58,000 bases of DNA, taken from contig JBKJLC010000026.1 in NCBI GenBank assembly GCA_046597055.1, forward strand, positions 1 through 58,000, in the 5' to 3' direction. The DNA is from Kofleriaceae bacterium (GTDB taxonomy: Bacteria > Myxococcota_A > Polyangia > Haliangiales > Haliangiaceae). Below, piece after piece: positions 8,792-18,535 of this stretch (its first letter is position 1; each line of letters begins with the position of its first letter). Position numbers and translations under genes: made by a program. The notes below the pieces were generated by a model. It had not been told where the DNA came from and searched no databases. It saw only the letters and a list, made by a program, of their open reading frames with translations.

Positions 8792-8814
8792 ATCGAACAA
8801 AGCTTTGTTTCGAT
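8792..8814. promoter_or_regulatory. AT-rich palindromic operator candidate between divergent genes
   Basis: Perfect AACAAAGCTTTGTT (8796-8809) within ATCG..CGAT; stands out in a very GC-rich context. Confidence 0.55.
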
Positions 8815-8876
8815 CTAGAACTAAGCTCATAGGCTGCGTATCGTGGCCTCCGCTGGTCTCGAACCTGGAGGAAGCC

Positions 8877-10421
8877 ATGGAGCGACGTGTACGTCTGTCT
8901 CGAATTGCCCTCGACCTCGCCGCGCTGTCCGCGGTTGTCTGGACCTCGGCGTGCGTCGCCAACGAGGAGCCGATCGACGACGAGGCCACACCCGAGCTGC
9001 CGGCCGAGGTGCTCGCCGCGATGGGGCGCGACCTGAGGCAGACCGACGATCAGATCCAGCGCCGGCTGGTCGCCGAGGCCCAGGCGGTCCGGGTCGAGGC
9101 CAAGCTGCGCGCGCAGCTTGGTGACGGCTTCGGAGGCGCGTGGATGGACGCGGACGGCACTCAGCTGAACGTCGGGATCATCGATCCGACCCGGGCCGAT
9201 GAGATCCGGCAGGCCGGCGCCGAGCCGAAGCTGGTCACCCGCAGTCATGCGCAGCTGACGGCGCTCAAGGCGTCGCTCGACCGCGCACCGGCGGGCATCG
9301 AGGGTGGCATCCACGCCTGGTACGTCGACGTCGCCACCAACAGCGTCGTGGTCGCGGCCGCCGATCCGCGGGCGGCGTCGGTGGCCTCGCTGGTCGGCTC
9401 GCTCGGCGCGAGCGGCGCGGATGGCGCGGTCCGCGTGGTCGCCTCGGGCGAGCGGCCGCGACCGCTGTACGACGTGCGCGGCGGCGACGAGTACATCCTC
9501 GGCGGCAACACGCTGTGCTCGGTCGGCTTCGCGGTGAACGGTGGCTTCGTCACCGCGGGCCACTGCGGCCGGGTCGGCACGGCGACCGCCGGTGCCAACT
9601 GGGTGGCGCAGGGCACCGTCCGGGGTTCGACGTTCCCCGGCAACGACCACGCGTGGATCGAGCTGAACGGCGCCTGGAGCTCACTATCAGTGGTCAACGA
9701 CTACGCCGGAGGTGCAGTCGACGTGCGCGGCTCGCAGGTCGCGAGCGTCAACAGCTCGGTCTGTCGCTCCGGGCGCACCACCCGCTGGCGGTGCGGCGTG
9801 ATCCAGGCGCACGACGTGACGATCAACTACGCCGCCGGCCCGGTGTACGGCGCGACCCAGACCAGCGCGTGCGCGGAGGGCGGTGACTCCGGCGGCTCGT
9901 TCATCTCCGGCAACCAGGCCCAGGGCGTCACCTCGGGCGGCAGCGGCAACTGCGCGTCGGGCGGCACCACGTTCTACCAGCCGATCAACCCGATCCTCAG
10001 CGCCTACCGGCTCACCCTCAAGACGACCGGCGGTGGCGGCGGCGCACGCGCGCTCGTCTCGGGCTGGAACGGCAAGTGCGTCGACGTGCCAGGCTCCAGC
10101 TTCGTCGACGGCGCGCCGCTGCAGATGTGGGATTGCAACGGGTCCGGCGCCCAGCGATGGAGCTTCGTCGACGGGACGATCCAGGCCGGGGGCAAGTGCA
10201 TGGACGTCGCGTGGGGCGCGACCGGCGATGGCGCCGCGATCCAGCTCGCGAACTGCAACGGCAACCGCGCGCAGCAGTTCGTGCTCGGCGGCAACGGCGA
10301 GCTGGTCAGCGTGAATGCCAGCAAGTGCGTCGACCTCAGGGACTGGAACGGATCGAGCGGCGCTCGACTGCAGATCTGGACCTGCGCCGGCACGGCCAAC
10401 CAGCGGTGGACGGCGAGGTAG
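8877..10421 (+). CDS. Alpha-lytic/streptogrisin-type S1 serine protease with prodomain and C-terminal ricin-B lectin
   Basis: RBS GGAGG, WYVDVATNSVVV prodomain, catalytic TAGHC / ND / GDSGG, and three (QxW) ricin subdomains. Confidence 0.93.
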   Translation: MERRVRLSRIALDLAALSAVVWTSACVANEEPIDDEATPELPAEVLAAMGRDLRQTDDQIQRRLVAEAQAVRVEAKLRAQLGDGFGGAWMDADGTQLNVGIIDPTRADEIRQAGAEPKLVTRSHAQLTALKASLDRAPAGIEGGIHAWYVDVATNSVVVAAADPRAASVASLVGSLGASGADGAVRVVASGERPRPLYDVRGGDEYILGGNTLCSVGFAVNGGFVTAGHCGRVGTATAGANWVAQGTVRGSTFPGNDHAWIELNGAWSSLSVVNDYAGGAVDVRGSQVASVNSSVCRSGRTTRWRCGVIQAHDVTINYAAGPVYGATQTSACAEGGDSGGSFISGNQAQGVTSGGSGNCASGGTTFYQPINPILSAYRLTLKTTGGGGGARALVSGWNGKCVDVPGSSFVDGAPLQMWDCNGSGAQRWSFVDGTIQAGGKCMDVAWGATGDGAAIQLANCNGNRAQQFVLGGNGELVSVNASKCVDLRDWNGSSGARLQIWTCAGTANQRWTAR

Positions 10422-10869
10422 CAGCGGTCAGCACCAGATAGCCGAGGAGCGGGCCATATACGAGATCGCCGGCCAGCGGCGTGAGGGCGACCCAGGCCCC
10501 GGCGCCATGGCGCGTCAGCGCGGCGACCAGCCATGGCTCGATCAGCAGCTTGGCGAGGCTCGACACGACGACCGCGGCGCTGACCCGCAAGATCATGCGG
10601 AGCTCGGCTGTGGCGGGACCGGCCTGCACGCGATCGTGGGCGAGCAGGTCGACGAGCACCCAGCGCGAGTAGCCGAGGTAGAGGATCGGTACGGACACCG
10701 CCAGGCGGACGACCGTGGGCGTCAGGCCGGCCGCGCCGGCCTGGCGTGCCAGCGTGAAGCCCACCAGGCTGGCCACCATCGCGATCGCGCCGGTGATCGC
10801 GAAGCGCACCGGGCGGGCGAGCCGCGGCGCCGGCCCCGCGGGCGCCGCGTCAGGTGAGCGCACGGTCAT
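10336..10869 (-). CDS. GtrA-like small membrane protein
   Basis: RFAITGA start motif, YLGYSRWV and four hydrophobic helices. Overlaps the upstream gene by 20 nt and the protease 3' end by 86 nt. Confidence 0.55.
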   Translation of the reverse strand: MTVRSPDAAPAGPAPRLARPVRFAITGAIAMVASLVGFTLARQAGAAGLTPTVVRLAVSVPILYLGYSRWVLVDLLAHDRVQAGPATAELRMILRVSAAVVVSSLAKLLIEPWLVAALTRHGAGAWVALTPLAGDLVYGPLLGYLVLTAATSPSTAGWPCRRRSRSAVERRSIRSSP

Positions 10870-11590
10870 CGGTCGCGAGCCCGAGGTCGACCAGCATGGC
10901 GCCGACGCGGCGGCCGCGGCGCTCGAGCTCGTCGGCGTCGACCCGGAGGACCGCCTCGCCGTCGGTGTGGTAGCGGCCGCGGTTGGCGGCGTTCCACAGG
11001 GTCCACAGCTGCCGCAGCCAGGCCAGCACCTCGGACTTCTCGTCGGCCGGCACCTGCGGCAGCGCGTGCTCGAGGTAGAGGATCCCGAAGGCAGCGTGCC
11101 GGGATTCGTCGGCGACGATCCGCTGGTTGATCTGCTTGAACAGCGGGCACGGCAGGGTCGCGATGCGCCGGTGCTGCTGGTGCAGGGCCTCGTGCTCCAT
11201 GATGACGTTGAGCGACACCACCAGCGCCCAGGCCGGGCCGCGCCAGGCGCGCGCGGCGGCGAACGCCTCGGCCAGGCCAGGATCGATCGGCCGCAGATCG
11301 CCGAGCCTGGCCAGGTACGTCCGGTAGACCTCGGCGTGGCGCTCCTCGTCGACGATCTGGGTGGCGAGGAAGGCCCGTGCCTCGGGCGCGGGGAGCTCGG
11401 CGTGGGTGCGCGCCAGGGCGTCGAGCGCCACCAGCTCGGCATGGTGGAGCTGGCTGACCATGTCGACGTAGACGGCCGGGCGCAGGCCGTCGGGCAGCAC
11501 GAGGTCGACCGACCAGTCGAGCTGATCGGCGGTCCACGCCCGGCGTCTGGCCTTGGTGGTGAGGGTCGCGATGCGATCGAGGTGGGACAT
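10850..11590 (-). CDS. Ferritin-like diiron protein (AurF/desaturase-like fold)
   Basis: WTADQLDW N-terminus and paired E..DEERH and E..DESRH carboxylate-diiron motifs. Confidence 0.85.
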   Translation of the reverse strand: MSHLDRIATLTTKARRRAWTADQLDWSVDLVLPDGLRPAVYVDMVSQLHHAELVALDALARTHAELPAPEARAFLATQIVDEERHAEVYRTYLARLGDLRPIDPGLAEAFAAARAWRGPAWALVVSLNVIMEHEALHQQHRRIATLPCPLFKQINQRIVADESRHAAFGILYLEHALPQVPADEKSEVLAWLRQLWTLWNAANRGRYHTDGEAVLRVDADELERRGRRVGAMLVDLGLATDDRALT

Positions 11591-11598
11591 GATGACCT

Positions 11599-12651
11599 TC
11601 AGGCGAGCGCGCGGACGACCGCGGCGAACGCGCGGGCTTCGTCGGCGACGCGCGGCAGGATGCGGACCAGCGCGCCGGCGCCGACGGCACGGCTGTGAGC
11701 GAACCCACCAAGGCGCACCGCGCGCGTGCGCGGCAGCGCGGCGACCAGCGCGTCGAGCTGGTCGATCGGGATCACGGTGTCGGTGACGCCATGGATGGCG
11801 GTGACGTCGGTGCGCAGGCTGGCGAGGTGCGGCCGCGGGTCGAGGAACCCGTGGCGGCCGCGGGCGAGGGCGGCCGCGCACCGGACGTGCCCGCCGGGGA
11901 GCGCGCCGCAGCCGGTGAGGAACAGCTCGCGATCGCGCAGGTCGACCGCGGGCGCCAGCGCGTGGGCGGCGGCGTGGTGGAGGGTCGCGCCGGGGCGCTT
12001 CCAGGCCTCGCGCGACCAGCTGGTACGGACGAACCCGCGCCAGGCCGCGACCAGCCGGTCCCGATCGTGGATCGGCTCCGGCAGCGCGTCGACCGTGCTC
12101 AGGAACGCGACCGGCTGGTTGAGTGGATCGCGCGGCTCGGCGTCGGCGCCGCACAGCGAGGCGAGCATCGCGGTCGGATCGGCGTAGCCGCCGATCACGA
12201 CCACCCGGGCGAGGTCGCGCACGGCCGCCAGGCGCAACGCGGCCAGCGAGCCGACCGACACGCTGACCACCCGGAGCGGCAGCCCCCGCGCGGCCGGCTC
12301 GGCGGCCAGCGCGTCGGCGGCGCACGCGAGGAAGGGGATGACCTCGGGCGTCAGCTGCAGGCCGCACAGCGCGGGCGAGCGTGGCGACAGCACCAGGGTC
12401 CCCGAGGCGGCGAGGATCGACGCGAAGCGCTCCATGCGCGGGTCGTCGGGGCCGTCGGCGTGAAGCCCGGGCGAGATCAACCACACGTCGCGCACGGCGC
12501 CGTGCTCCGGCTGGTAGAGGTACGACCCACCGCCCGGGCCGAGCGTGATCTCGCGACGGCGCACGCCGGCGGGTCGGGCACCGCGCGGCGCCAGCGGGCT
12601 GAGCCACCACGCGAGCCGCGCCATGCGCGCGCGATCGAACGAGCGGTTCAT
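11599..12651 (-). CDS. Alpha/beta hydrolase-fold protein
   Basis: Nucleophile elbow VSVSVG, IHGVTDTVIP (Asp) and FAHS (His). Confidence 0.75.
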   Translation of the reverse strand: MNRSFDRARMARLAWWLSPLAPRGARPAGVRRREITLGPGGGSYLYQPEHGAVRDVWLISPGLHADGPDDPRMERFASILAASGTLVLSPRSPALCGLQLTPEVIPFLACAADALAAEPAARGLPLRVVSVSVGSLAALRLAAVRDLARVVVIGGYADPTAMLASLCGADAEPRDPLNQPVAFLSTVDALPEPIHDRDRLVAAWRGFVRTSWSREAWKRPGATLHHAAAHALAPAVDLRDRELFLTGCGALPGGHVRCAAALARGRHGFLDPRPHLASLRTDVTAIHGVTDTVIPIDQLDALVAALPRTRAVRLGGFAHSRAVGAGALVRILPRVADEARAFAAVVRALA

Positions 12652-12655
12652 GACG

Positions 12656-13297
12656 TCACGCCGCCTTCGGCAGCTCGACCAGGCCGAGCTGCGCAGCGGT
12701 GTGGGCGACCCGGGCGCGATTGTCGGGGCGGTGGATCAGGTAGCGACCGACCAGGTGACGTGAGCCGGGGATGGCGAGGTCGGGCGGGAAGTCCATGCCG
12801 AAGTGGCGATAGACCCCAGCCAGGCGGTGATCCGAGGAGTAGAAGTAGAGAACGTCGAGCTCGGCCTCGGTGGCGCGATGGGCGATCGCGACGAACATGG
12901 CGCGCAGCGCCCGCAGGCCGGCGTGGTCATCGCGCACCGCCACCGCGTGGCACAGCCCGCGGCGCTCTCGACCCGGCCCGAGCGCGCGATCGAGCACGAC
13001 GCCCACCGGGTGCGCGGCCAGCGGACGTACCGCGTAGAGCCCGATCGGCTCGTAGCCGACGTCGTGCGTGATGCCGATGGTGTGGACGTGGGGGTCGTCG
13101 AGCTGGGCGAGCAGCGCGGCCCGGGACACCTCGAGCTCGTCGTGCGTCAGGCGCGCCGCGACCTCGGCCGGCTGCTCCATGACCTCGGACCAGTAGCGGT
13201 GGAAGCAGCGCGCGAAGCGCTGGCCGGGCGCGTACAGCTGATCGATCAGGCGACGAGCGGTCGCGGGTGGCAGACGGTGAAGCGGCATCTCTTTCAT
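12656..13297 (-). CDS. Putative GNAT-fold acyltransferase
   Basis: HAVAVRDDHAGL (motif A-like) and LAGVYRHFGM (motif B-like); first gene of a tightly spaced operon. Confidence 0.5.
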   Translation of the reverse strand: MKEMPLHRLPPATARRLIDQLYAPGQRFARCFHRYWSEVMEQPAEVAARLTHDELEVSRAALLAQLDDPHVHTIGITHDVGYEPIGLYAVRPLAAHPVGVVLDRALGPGRERRGLCHAVAVRDDHAGLRALRAMFVAIAHRATEAELDVLYFYSSDHRLAGVYRHFGMDFPPDLAIPGSRHLVGRYLIHRPDNRARVAHTAAQLGLVELPKAA

Positions 13298-13556
13298 GGC
13301 GATCCTCTGCCCTGGCGAGGAGCAAGGACGGTGCCGCGCTGTCCGATGGTCGGACCTGTCACCATCGGCAAATGCCTGGAATGATTTAGATTGCCAGAGT
13401 CTCCACGGTCTGGTTCCGGGGGTCTGGCGAGCGTGCCGCACGCGAGGGCGCGACCGATGGCTGACACCCGAGGCGCAAATCTTCGACACTTCGCCCCGCC
13501 AGGTCGCGTCGCCGCGGCGGTGGTCTGGCGGCGTGTCCCTTGCAGCCGTGGCGGCC

Positions 13557-14645
13557 ATGGCGTCTCCGTATCCGTGGCACTTCGATCTGCGCTGGGGCTT
13601 CTATCATCTGTGGCCGTCGCTCCGCGCGCACGTCGCCCTGCCCCGTCAGCCGCGGGCGCACCGGTTCGCGCCGCGCACCGACAGCGCACGGGTGGTGATG
13701 TTCGGCGATCTGATGGGCCTGACCGGCGATCGAGTCCCGACCTGTGCACCGGCGCTGCAGGCGATCTTTGCCAGTGCCGATCTGGTGATCGGCAATTGCG
13801 AGGCGCCGATCACGCGCACGCACAATGACGCGCAGGCGCGGTACCTGGCGCGCCTGTCACTGGGCGACCAGTACCTGCGCGACTTCTTCGATCGGTTCCA
13901 CGTGGACCCGGCCCGGTGCGTGCTCTCGGTCGCCAACAACCACGCGGGCGATCACGGCACGCGCGGCCTGGCCGACACCGAGGCGCGCCTGGCCGCGCTC
14001 GGGGTCGCGGTCGCCGGCGCTTGCGGCGGTCGGCCCGCGCCGCTGCTGGTGCGCGAGGTCGCCGGCCTCCGGATCGGCGTGCTGGCATGGACCGAGTGGC
14101 TCAACTGCCCCAGCGATGGCGTCGCCGGAGCCGACGCGGTGGACGGCGTCGACTGGAGAGCGCGCCGCGCGCAGCTCGGGCTCGATACGATGCTGGCCTC
14201 GCCGCACTGGGAGTGGGAGTTTCAGCACGTCCCGCACCGCCCGACGGTGGCGCGAGCCCACCGTCTGGCCCGCGCCGGCATCGACGCCATCGCCGGCCAC
14301 CACCCCCACGTGCTCCAGCCGCTCGAGTGGATCGACGGCGGCGGCGCGACGCCCACGGTGTGCGCCTACAGCCTCGGCAACCTGTTCGCCCGCACGCTGA
14401 CCTGGCCGCACCGCCTCGGCGCCGTGCTCGAGCTCGAGATCGCCACCGCCGGCCCACGTCGAGGCCGCGTGAGCGCTTACCGGCTGCACCCGATCGTCCA
14501 GCTCGGCAGCGCCCGCGATGCCCACGTGGTGCCGCTGGCCGAGGCCCCGACCGCGCTGCGCGCCCGGATCACCGAGCGGCTCGCGCTCCTGTTCCCTGAT
14601 CCCGCCGCCCCGGCCGGCCCCCAGGCTCACCGAGCGAACGGCTGA
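13557..14645 (+). CDS. CapA/PGA_cap-family metallophosphoesterase
   Basis: FGDLM, IGNCEAP, SVANNHAGD, PHWEWE, GHHPHVLQ, AYSLGN. Confidence 0.9.
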   Translation: MASPYPWHFDLRWGFYHLWPSLRAHVALPRQPRAHRFAPRTDSARVVMFGDLMGLTGDRVPTCAPALQAIFASADLVIGNCEAPITRTHNDAQARYLARLSLGDQYLRDFFDRFHVDPARCVLSVANNHAGDHGTRGLADTEARLAALGVAVAGACGGRPAPLLVREVAGLRIGVLAWTEWLNCPSDGVAGADAVDGVDWRARRAQLGLDTMLASPHWEWEFQHVPHRPTVARAHRLARAGIDAIAGHHPHVLQPLEWIDGGGATPTVCAYSLGNLFARTLTWPHRLGAVLELEIATAGPRRGRVSAYRLHPIVQLGSARDAHVVPLAEAPTALRARITERLALLFPDPAAPAGPQAHRANG

Positions 14646-14741
14646 TCGACGTGGTGAAGGGCGACGTCGTCCTCGCGTCGCCGACGTCGCGGTAGCGACG
14701 GGACCGATTTCGGCGGGCTCCTGACCCGGTCGGTGTGCTGG

Positions 14742-15350
14742 CTAGAAGGACCCGCCGAGCACCATGCCGGGCACGATGCCGCGCTGGCTCGCGAGCGCGG
14801 TCGGCGCCAGCCGCACCGACGACGCGCGACGGTTGGCCCGCCTGGCCGCGCCCGCTGCATCGATGAAGTCGTAGAGCGTGGCCCCAGCGTAGACGCCGAG
14901 GCCGAGTGCCAGCGCGATCCCGGCGCCGGTGTGATCCTCCTCTGGGCACTCGTCCCAGCAGAAGTCGATCATGGACACGGCCGCGACCGCGCCAACGCCG
15001 AGCCCGGCCGCGCGAAGCGCGGTGGTGGCGAGCGCATGATGGCTCTCACCGGCGTAGATGTGGCCGGCCGAGGGCCCGCCGACGATCAGCGTCACGCCCG
15101 CCACCGCCAGCGCGGAGCTGGCGTCGCTGTTGTTCATATCATCCGTCATTGCCAGCGCCGCGAACCCGGCGCCGGTCACGCCGAGTGACAGCGCCACTGC
15201 CATGGCTGGGCTCTTGCCATCGGTCGGCGCCGGCGGGGCTGGCTCGAGCGGGGCGGGGGCCTGCAGCATCGGCTGCGCGGCAGCGGTGGCGGGAACCAGG
15301 ACGGCGAGGGTGGCGAGGACGAAGGTGCGGGCGTTCACGATGAGCTCCAT
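14742..15350 (-). CDS. Hypothetical secreted/membrane protein
   Basis: Signal peptide ..ATAAAQP, KSPAMAVALSL..GPSAGHIYAGE motif and hydrophobic helices. Confidence 0.7.
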   Translation of the reverse strand: MELIVNARTFVLATLAVLVPATAAAQPMLQAPAPLEPAPPAPTDGKSPAMAVALSLGVTGAGFAALAMTDDMNNSDASSALAVAGVTLIVGGPSAGHIYAGESHHALATTALRAAGLGVGAVAAVSMIDFCWDECPEEDHTGAGIALALGLGVYAGATLYDFIDAAGAARRANRRASSVRLAPTALASQRGIVPGMVLGGSF

Positions 15351-15727
15351 GGCTGGCCCCACGATGAGCAATGGGCGGACCAGGCACCTCGGGTCAGCCA
15401 TTGCAACGAGTTGCAGGACGGGTGTCAGCCGACCGTCAGCCGGGTCGCCCGGTCTCTGACATGGGACGGCGGGTCGTCCGACATGCGGCGTCTTGCCGAC
15501 ACCAGGACTTGGGGCCGGGATGCCATCCACCGTGCCCACAGATGCCAGAGATGAGGACGCGTTGCCGAGCGCGTGCGCTGACCGGCGTGCGAAGGTCGAC
15601 CCGGCACGGCCGACCCCATGAGCGCAACCACGGCCATCGTGTTCGCTTACCGGGCGGTCGCCCCGCCCCGCCCGCGGTGCTGGGCCACGGGGACCGCGAG
15701 CGGCGGCCGTGGCACGAGGTCTCACGC

Positions 15728-17851
15728 GTGACAGGCCGCTGGGTCGCGGCGTGCGCCATGGTCGCGGCGTGCGCCTCCCGGCCCGCGGGGCCGCGTGCGG
15801 TGCCGCCGCCGGCCCACGCACGCGCGGCCGCCCCGGCGGCCGAGGTCGCGCGCGGCATCGCCACCGAGGTGGTGCAGTGGGCGTCGGGTCGCGAGACCAT
15901 CCTGGCGCGTACGCCCGCCATGGATGCGTCCAGGTGGCCGCCGCCCGGTTCCCGAATCTGGTTCGTCCGTCCGGTCCGACGCGACCACACCACTGCCGAG
16001 CTCGCGGGGTTCGTCGAACAGGCGGTCAGGCTGGGTGCCGAGGGGATCTCGCTGGCCGGCTCCGCGCAGGCTGGCGACTCCACGATCGCCGCCTTGCGGA
16101 CTCGCCCCGGACGGCTGACGTTCCTCGACCTGTCAGGCACGTCGGTCGGCGACGACAGCCTGACCGCGTTGACGTCCGTGCCTTCGCTGAAGCACGCGTG
16201 GCTGGCGTCGACGCGTATCACCGACACCCTGCTGGTGGCGCTGGCGAGACCGGGCCTGCTCGCCAGTGTCCGTGTCGACGACACCGCGATCGGCGACGCC
16301 GCCTTCATTGCCTTGGCCGAGCTGCCCGAGCTCACGGTGGTGAGCGCGAGCGGTACCACGGTGTCGGACGCCGGCGTCGCCGCGCTGCTCGCCTCGCGGT
16401 CCCTGCGGCACCTCTACCTGGCCCGGACGGAGATCGGCAGCGCGGCGCTGCGGCCACTGGCAGCCTCGTGCGGGCTCGTCGCCATCGACCTGACGGCCAC
16501 CCACGTCGACGACGTCGGGGTGACGTCATCTCTGCGCAGCTGCCCCCAGCTCTCGGCCGTGGAGCTGGGAAAGACGCGCATCACGGACGCCGCCGTGCTG
16601 GCGCTGCGAGGGCTGCCGCTGAGCCGGCTCGACCTCGGCCACACCGGGGTCACCGACCGCGCGCTGGAGACCGTCACCGGCGCGACCGACCTCACCTGGC
16701 TGGAGCTCGGCTACACCGACATCACGGGTCGTGGTGTCGCGTCGCTGACCGGGCTCACCAAGCTCGAACATCTCGGGCTCGCCAACCTGTCGGTGGGCGG
16801 CGACGCGATCGGCATGATCGCGGGCAACCTGGCGCTGCGCGAGCTCGACCTGACCGGTGCCCGCCTCGGCGACGAGGACGTGCGCCCGCTCGCGGCCCTG
16901 ACCCGACTCACGGCGCTCACGCTGTCGTACACGCGCGTGTCGGATGCGGCCGTCTCGGTGTTCGCGGCACGGGGCGAGCTCGAGCGGTTGGGACTGGCAC
17001 ACACGTCGATCACCGATGTCGCGCTCGCCGGCATCACGACCCCGAAGCTGCGCGTGCTGGACGTCAGCGGTACGCCGATCACCGCGACCGGCCTGGCGAC
17101 GATCCTCCGGTCGAAGACACTCGAGGAACTCTATCTGTCCGACACGATGATCGATCGCGACCTCGCGCGACTGGCCGAGCTGTCCGAGCTGCGCGTGCTC
17201 CACATCGCCGGGCTGGCGTTCGACGACGCGGCGGCGACGAGCCTCCCGGCGTTGCCGGCGCTCGAGGAGCTCGAGCTGTCGAGGACGCGTCTGACCAGCG
17301 CCAGTGTGCCGGCGCTGGTGTCCCTGGCGAGGCTGCGTTCGCTCGGACTCGGCGATCTGCCGCTGACCGATGGCGATGTCGCGGCGCTGGCAAGCAACCC
17401 GCGATTGGTGACGTTGACCTTGGGGCGGACCCTGATGACCGATGTCGGCGCGGCGGCAGTGGCGCGGCTGCCGCGACTCGCCCAGCTCTCCGTCGCAGGG
17501 ACCCAGCTGACCGACGCGGGCTGCGTCCGTCTCTCGGCCGCGGCGCACCTGGTCGCGGTCAACGTCAGCGCAACGGCGGTCACCGCGGCCTGCCTTGCCG
17601 CGCTGAGCGGCGCACCACGGCTGCGCGAGCTCCACGCCGATGACATCCGCCTGGGCGTCGCCGCGCCTACGTTCGCAGCCGGTTCGGGCGTCGAGGTGCT
17701 CTCGCTCGAAGGAGTGCCGGTGAACGATCGCGTGGCCCGCGCGCTCCTCGGGTTGCGGGCGTTGCGACGCCTCTACCTGCGCGGCGCCCGGGTCTCGGCC
17801 GGGTGGCGCAAGCGCCTGGGCGCCGCGGGCATCTCCGTCTCGTATCGCTGA
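15728..17851 (+). CDS. Leucine-rich-repeat lipoprotein
   Basis: GTG start after GAGGT, lipobox VAAC, and roughly two dozen ~24-aa LxxLxLxxTxI(T/S)D repeats. Confidence 0.88.
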   Translation: MTGRWVAACAMVAACASRPAGPRAVPPPAHARAAAPAAEVARGIATEVVQWASGRETILARTPAMDASRWPPPGSRIWFVRPVRRDHTTAELAGFVEQAVRLGAEGISLAGSAQAGDSTIAALRTRPGRLTFLDLSGTSVGDDSLTALTSVPSLKHAWLASTRITDTLLVALARPGLLASVRVDDTAIGDAAFIALAELPELTVVSASGTTVSDAGVAALLASRSLRHLYLARTEIGSAALRPLAASCGLVAIDLTATHVDDVGVTSSLRSCPQLSAVELGKTRITDAAVLALRGLPLSRLDLGHTGVTDRALETVTGATDLTWLELGYTDITGRGVASLTGLTKLEHLGLANLSVGGDAIGMIAGNLALRELDLTGARLGDEDVRPLAALTRLTALTLSYTRVSDAAVSVFAARGELERLGLAHTSITDVALAGITTPKLRVLDVSGTPITATGLATILRSKTLEELYLSDTMIDRDLARLAELSELRVLHIAGLAFDDAAATSLPALPALEELELSRTRLTSASVPALVSLARLRSLGLGDLPLTDGDVAALASNPRLVTLTLGRTLMTDVGAAAVARLPRLAQLSVAGTQLTDAGCVRLSAAAHLVAVNVSATAVTAACLAALSGAPRLRELHADDIRLGVAAPTFAAGSGVEVLSLEGVPVNDRVARALLGLRALRRLYLRGARVSAGWRKRLGAAGISVSYR

Positions 17852-18065
17852 GCCGCGGTGACCGGCACCCGGGCGCCGTGGGGGCGTCGTCGTCGAGCGC
17901 CGCGCAGCCAGTGCAGGATCGCGGTCAGTCTTCGACCGCGCTGATCGTGGACGGCGGTGCTGTGCCGAGCAGCATCTCGATCACGTAGGCCAGGCACCAC
18001 GCACCGCGCGCGTCGTCGGGGGCACGCGCGATCACGAAGACCGGCTCGACGGCGTGCAGAATTGC

Positions 18066-18389
18066 TCAAGGACTTTGCGGAGATGCGCTCGAGGGTACCG
18101 CGTGACATCGCCAGGGCTCGATCCACGAAATGGCGCAACTCCTCCTGCGATGCCGGGCGCTTGGGTGCCGAGGGTACCGCGTGACATCCGGACCTCGTCG
18201 CCCGCCGCTCCCGGCATGCTCGCTGCCGCTCGCGCTCGTCCGCCCGCGCGCCAGCGAGATCAACGCGGCGGCGCGCGCCAACCGCTGCTCACGGGCGGCC
18301 CGGCACACCGCGCCGCAAACCCGTTGGGACGCTTTCGCGGACGCCGCCGGCTCGAACGACTTCCGGCACTCGCTGCATCGGCGGCCCAT
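18066..18389 (-). pseudogene. Degenerate Cys-motif ORF of the type seen with myxobacterial mobile elements
   Basis: RRCSECRKSF..QRVCGAVCR (CxxC..CxxxC). Internal 20-bp direct repeat CGAGGGTACCGCGTGACATC at 18090-18109 and 18169-18188. The frame appears disrupted. Confidence 0.4.
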
Positions 18390-18535
18390 CGCTGAAGCGT
18401 GCGCCGCCTCCGGTGGTCACGTGGCTCAGTATCCCGCCGCCGCCGCCACCCGATCAGCGGCCACGTGGATCTCCATCTCGCCGCCAAGTGATCTTTCTTT
18501 AGCCCGCCGCCGAAGATCAGCTAGGATGCGCCCGC

